Positions 59,760 through 64,000 of a stretch of 64,000 nucleotides of DNA are shown here, one piece after another (positions within the stretch are counted from its first letter, which is position 1; the number at the start of each line of letters is the position of its first letter). The stretch spans positions 37,696,001 through 37,760,000 of the forward strand of contig CM060733.1 in the NCBI GenBank assembly GCA_030704615.1, in the 5' to 3' direction. Origin of the DNA: Takakia lepidozioides. Taxonomy: Eukaryota; Plantae; Bryophyta. A program made the position numbers and the translations under genes. The notes under the pieces were generated by a model. It saw only the letters and a program-made list of their open reading frames with translations. It searched no databases and was not told the DNA's origin.

Positions 59760-62118
59760 TCATGTTGTTGCCTCGTGATCAAGGAAGTCCCGCCCATCAC
59801 CCTTCGGCAATATTTGACTTTTGTCCGTTATCCAACTCCTTAGAAGATCCTCTGACAAACTTGGCAACAAGGTGCCTTGAGTTGAGATCTTTTGCTAATC
59901 TAAAGCTATGTGATTGGACCCCAGACAGTGCTGTAAGAAGAAACTTGGCGGTTGTGAAAATCACGCCAATCATCTACGGGCAAATTAATGGGTCAGCAAA
60001 CCCCCCCTCGATTCTGCTGACAAATGGATTGGAAGGCTTGGCAGGAGCATGGATCACTACATTTCATGCTACGCACTATTCGGCATCTAGGGAGGTGGAG
60101 CTCTATGTGAAGCTAATTGGGAACATCATTGCGGAACAACCATTCCATTTTCATCTTTCAAATGAAACCATCGTCCATTTTGGTGCATTTTGGGAAAACT
60201 CGGCAGAGTATGAAGAGGCCTCTACTGTCCATACCTTACTTGCTATTCGGTGGGAGGACATTGTCAGAGATGTAGGAACGGCAAAAGACTTCAGCTGGCT
60301 CACCAGAAGGAAACTCTTTGATGGCTCGCTTGGAGGCTTCCCCATAAGCAGCAAGATTCTATTTGCAGGCTTCATCCTGGTGAATGCCATCCTGGGCTCG
60401 GCCTCATCTCCAACCCCGTCGCCCACAGCCCGCAGAGAAGCAGAAGTTGGCTCTGGTAATATGTGTGAGTCCCCAACTCTTAGATTCCTCTCAAAGCTGG
60501 AAGCTACGAGAGTAAAATCTCAAGAAATATCTAGAGAGCTGGCAAGGGCTCTATCCCAAAGGGAAAAGTCATTGCTTAAGTGCCTACAGCTTTGTCATCA
60601 ACTCTTAGAGAATGGGGATGAAGGTCCAAGCACTCAGGCTAGCTACAACAGGGCGAAGTCAAATCTCTGGAAAATTAGACAAGAGAAAGACAACGCCTAA
60701 AGAATTAAGGCTGGTGTGAATTGGTCCTTGAAAGGTGAAAAAATGACTAAGTATTTTTTTATTAAAGCAAAACAAAGGCGCATGGCATCTGCCATTGCTT
60801 CTCTCACCAGGCCAGACGGTTCCTCTTATGCTCTTCCAAAACATATGGCTCTAGGAGAGTATCCTCGCCGGAGAAGGAGCAGGCTGTTGATGAAATTCTG
60901 CAGAGCATCCCCTCGCTCTTATGTGAAGAGGAAAAAAGTGAGCTTGCTGCCCCTCTCACTAATTCAGAGCTAAAGGAGGCCCTGCAATCCCTTCAATATG
61001 GTAAAATGCCTGGAATGGATGGAATGCCGATTGAATTTTTTAAGGCCCTCTGGTCTACTGTGGTAGAAGATTTCGTGGCCCTGGCCAAGGATATCCTCAT
61101 GAAAGGCATAATGCCATCGCAGCTGTCTATGGGTCTTATCACTCCGATTTTTAAAAAATGGGACAGGAGCCAGTTTTCTAACTACAGACCGATTACTCTC
61201 TTGAACACCACTTATAAGATTATTGCCAAAGCATTAGCGCTAAGGCTCCAACCTGTTCTCTCCAGGGTCATAAGGCCAGAGCAAACAGGCTTCCTCAAGG
61301 GGAGAATGATGTTAGATAATTTCCTACTCATCCATGAGGCAATGCATAAAGCTAAAATTTCAGAGCAGCCTCTGGCTATTTTAATGCTGGACTTTGAAAA
61401 AGCCTTTGACAATATTGACTGGAGCTTCTTGCACAAGGTCCTCGAAAAAATTGGGATGCCCGAGACTTTCTCAAAATGGGTAAAAATCCTTCTCTCTTCA
61501 GCATCGAGCAAGGTTGTCGTTAATGGAGCTATCTCTAAACCTTTTGCTCTATTCAGGTCTGTAAGGCAAGGCTGTTCCCAGCGCCTTACCTCTTCCTCAT
61601 TGCAGCAGATGCGTTGGGTCACTACTTGAACTCTAGACATGACATTGTAGGTCTACAAGTGTCGGGTGACTCAGCGGTAAAGTTGTCTATGTATGCTGAT
61701 GATACTACCCTCATGTTGAACAATGAGAAATCCCTCAACATCAGTAGAGCTTGCAAAGCACTCTAACTCTTCTGTGATGCTTCTGGTTTAAAGGTTAATT
61801 GGAATAAGTCTATAGGGCTGCTCACTGAACTCTCTCCCAATGCTTGGGGTCAGGAGCTGGGACTCAGGTGGCTCCAGCCTGGATCTGCTCATACCCTGTT
61901 GGGTTTTCAGGTTGGCATTGGGCTCTCAGAGGAGCAGAGATTTGAGCCCATCCTTAGAAGGCTACGTAATAAGTTAGCTTTCTGGAGCTCCGCAATGTTA
62001 TCAGTGGCACGAAGGGCTCTAGTGCTTAGTCAAATATTACTAGCATATATTTGGTTCTCGGCTTTGGTATGGTCCCCAAGTTCAAAGCTAGTCGTCAAGA
62101 TTAAAGCTTTCAGAAGAT
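59760..62118 (+). mobile_element. L1 LINE ORF2 remnant (reverse transcriptase)
   Basis: 'WSLKGEKMTKYFF', 'PGMDGMPIEFFK', 'NYRPITLLNTTYKIIAKAL', 'QTGFLKGR', 'LDFEKAFD', 'SVRQGC', 'YADDT', 'LSVARRALVL'; stops and frameshifts. Confidence 0.9.
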
Positions 62119-63579
62119 GATCTTTAAGATCACAACGACTGTGTTGAAAATTGATGATGTAATGGAAGCTTACTCTTTATTGCTGGGTCGACCATGGCTG
62201 AAACAGGCCAGGGTATTCCATGACTGGAATTCCCAGTTACTGACTGTGCATGATGGGAAGCACAAGATACAGATCACCACTAAGAAATCTGGTAGGCTAC
62301 CTGCTACTCGGAGACCTCGTGGAGTCAGAGTGTATGACTGGAGGGGAGGGCTTGATGAGGAGCAGGAAGCTACTCTGTTTGCTGCACACCTAGAGTAGGA
62401 GCAGGTTGCAAAAATGCAACTGGGAGGCCTGAGTTGCTTTAAAGGTATATGTTGTGGTGCAGTAACAACAACATCAATTGAGGGGGAAACAAGCAGTTAC
62501 CCACCACATTTCTATGAAGAAAGAGAGGGAGAAATAGAAATCCTAGAGGAACCAGCCAATGTGAGTTTACAGGATGAAGTAGTGGCTGGATGGACAATCA
62601 CAGCTGAAGAGCAGGTGAGAGAAGTGAATGCGGGAACTGAGGAGGAACCAAGAATGGTGAAAGTTGGGGCTGACTTGGAGCCATAATTCTTTGAGAAAGC
62701 TAAGAACATGTTTATCAAATACAAAGATGTATTTGCTTGGAGCTATGAAGATCTGAAAGGGATACCACCTGAGATCTGCCAGCATAAGATTGAACTGGAA
62801 CCAGGGTCAGTACCAATCAAACATGCAAGGTACAGGATGAATCCCAACTATGCACAGAAGGTTGGGGAGGAGATTAAGAAGTTGGCTGAGGCTAAGTTCA
62901 TATACCCGATAGAGTATATATCACCCATTGTGATAGTTCCCAAGAAGAATAGCAAACTGAGAGTTTGTGTGAACTATAAGAAGTTGAATGATTGTACAAA
63001 GAAAGATCCATTTCCTTTGCCATTCACAGAAGCTGTACTGGACACTGTGGCAGGCCATGAGATGTACTCATTCATGGATGGCTTCAGTGGGTATAACCAA
63101 GTGCAAGTAGCTGAAGAAAGACTGCTTTCATCACTGCTTATGCATATAAAGTCATGCCTTTTGGACTTTATAATGCACTAGCAACTTTCCAGAAAATGAT
63201 AAATGAATCTTTCTATGAGTATTTGGATGATTTCATGCAAGTGTTCTTAGATGACTTCAGTGTGTACAGCTCTAAGAATGAGCACTTGCGGAAGTTGGAA
63301 TTATGTTTGGCCAGATGCAGGATGAGAGGTCTTGGGTTGAATCCAGAAAAGTGTACTTTCTGTGTGAATTCAGGGGTACTACTGGGACACATTGTGTATA
63401 AGAAGAGACTGCTTGTGGATCCTAGAAAGACTGAGGCCATTAAAGAATCCCCACCACCAGTAAATGTTAAGGCTCTAAGGAGATTCCTTGGACAAACCAG
63501 CTATTACAGAAGGTTTGTCAGACGGTATGCACAGATGGCAGCACCATTGAGCAAGCTTTTGAAGAAGGATGCAGTGTAA
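62119..63579 (+). mobile_element. Ty3/gypsy (Tat/Athila-like) pol fragment: end of protease + RT
   Basis: 'YSLLLGRPWL', 'YKDVFAWSYEDLKGIPPEICQHKIEL', 'PIVIVPKKN..LRVCVNYKKLN', 'MDGFSGYNQV', 'MPFGL', 'VFLDDF', 'LRRFLGQTSYYRRFV'. Abuts the L1 RT directly. Confidence 0.9.
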
Positions 63580-64000
63580 CTTCCTCTGGGGGGCCACGCC
63601 GACTTCCCCCACTAAAAGAGCGCTGGTCTGTTGGTCCTAGCTCTGCAATCCCCGAAAAGAAGGTGGTCTTGGGATTATAGACCCGGCCCTGCAGATTGTT
63701 GCGTTCCTAGCTAAATGGGTTCCCAGGGTTCTACGTTATGGAAACAGTCCATGGTGCTTACTGGTAAGAGAACATCTAGTACAAGCAGTGCCCTCCACTT
63801 CCAATTCTTGGGCTCATTCCTTGAAATGGCTTGTCCAGGGGCCTTGCAAAACCAAAGGCAAAGGCTCTGATGCCTGGAACTCCATTTGGGCTGCTTGGAA
63901 TGCTTTCAAACCACATCTGGCCCAAAAAAAGCCCATGTGTTTTGAGGAAGCTGTGCGCCAACCATTATTTGGAAATCGGAACTTAGGACATGTGCCCCTG

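Overview
Eukaryotic nuclear DNA from a land plant, most likely a seed-free lineage with flagellated sperm (bryophyte-, lycophyte- or fern-like; inferred from a roadblock/LC7 dynein light chain, PLS-type PPRs and a PH-domain DGAT1). The left half (1-34 kb) is gene-rich: an FCP1/NIF-like HAD ORF (-), a 4-exon cytochrome b561 protein (+), a ~21-exon DGAT1 with an N-terminal PH domain (-, 7602-21113) whose introns hold four relatives of one RTE/RTEX-like LINE family, WD40-cyclophilin CYP71 (-), and an intronless UTP13/TBL3 (+) head-to-head with CYP71. 34-41 kb is a decayed, internally duplicated locus in which OSB-type 'PDF' ssDNA-binding motifs are fused in frame to a PLS-PPR array, part of which has expanded into a ~371-bp tandem repeat. 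The right part (41-64 kb) is mostly nested transposon debris: L1 pieces, Ty3/gypsy pieces, a TTAA-flanked piggyBac-like MITE and the roadblock gene. The most notable element there is a Dualen/RandI-like non-LTR retrotransposon relic encoding chromodomain + PCIF1/CAPAM-like N6-adenine methyltransferase + RNase H + CCHC + restriction-like endonuclease. All homology calls come from motif recognition by eye; no database searches were run.
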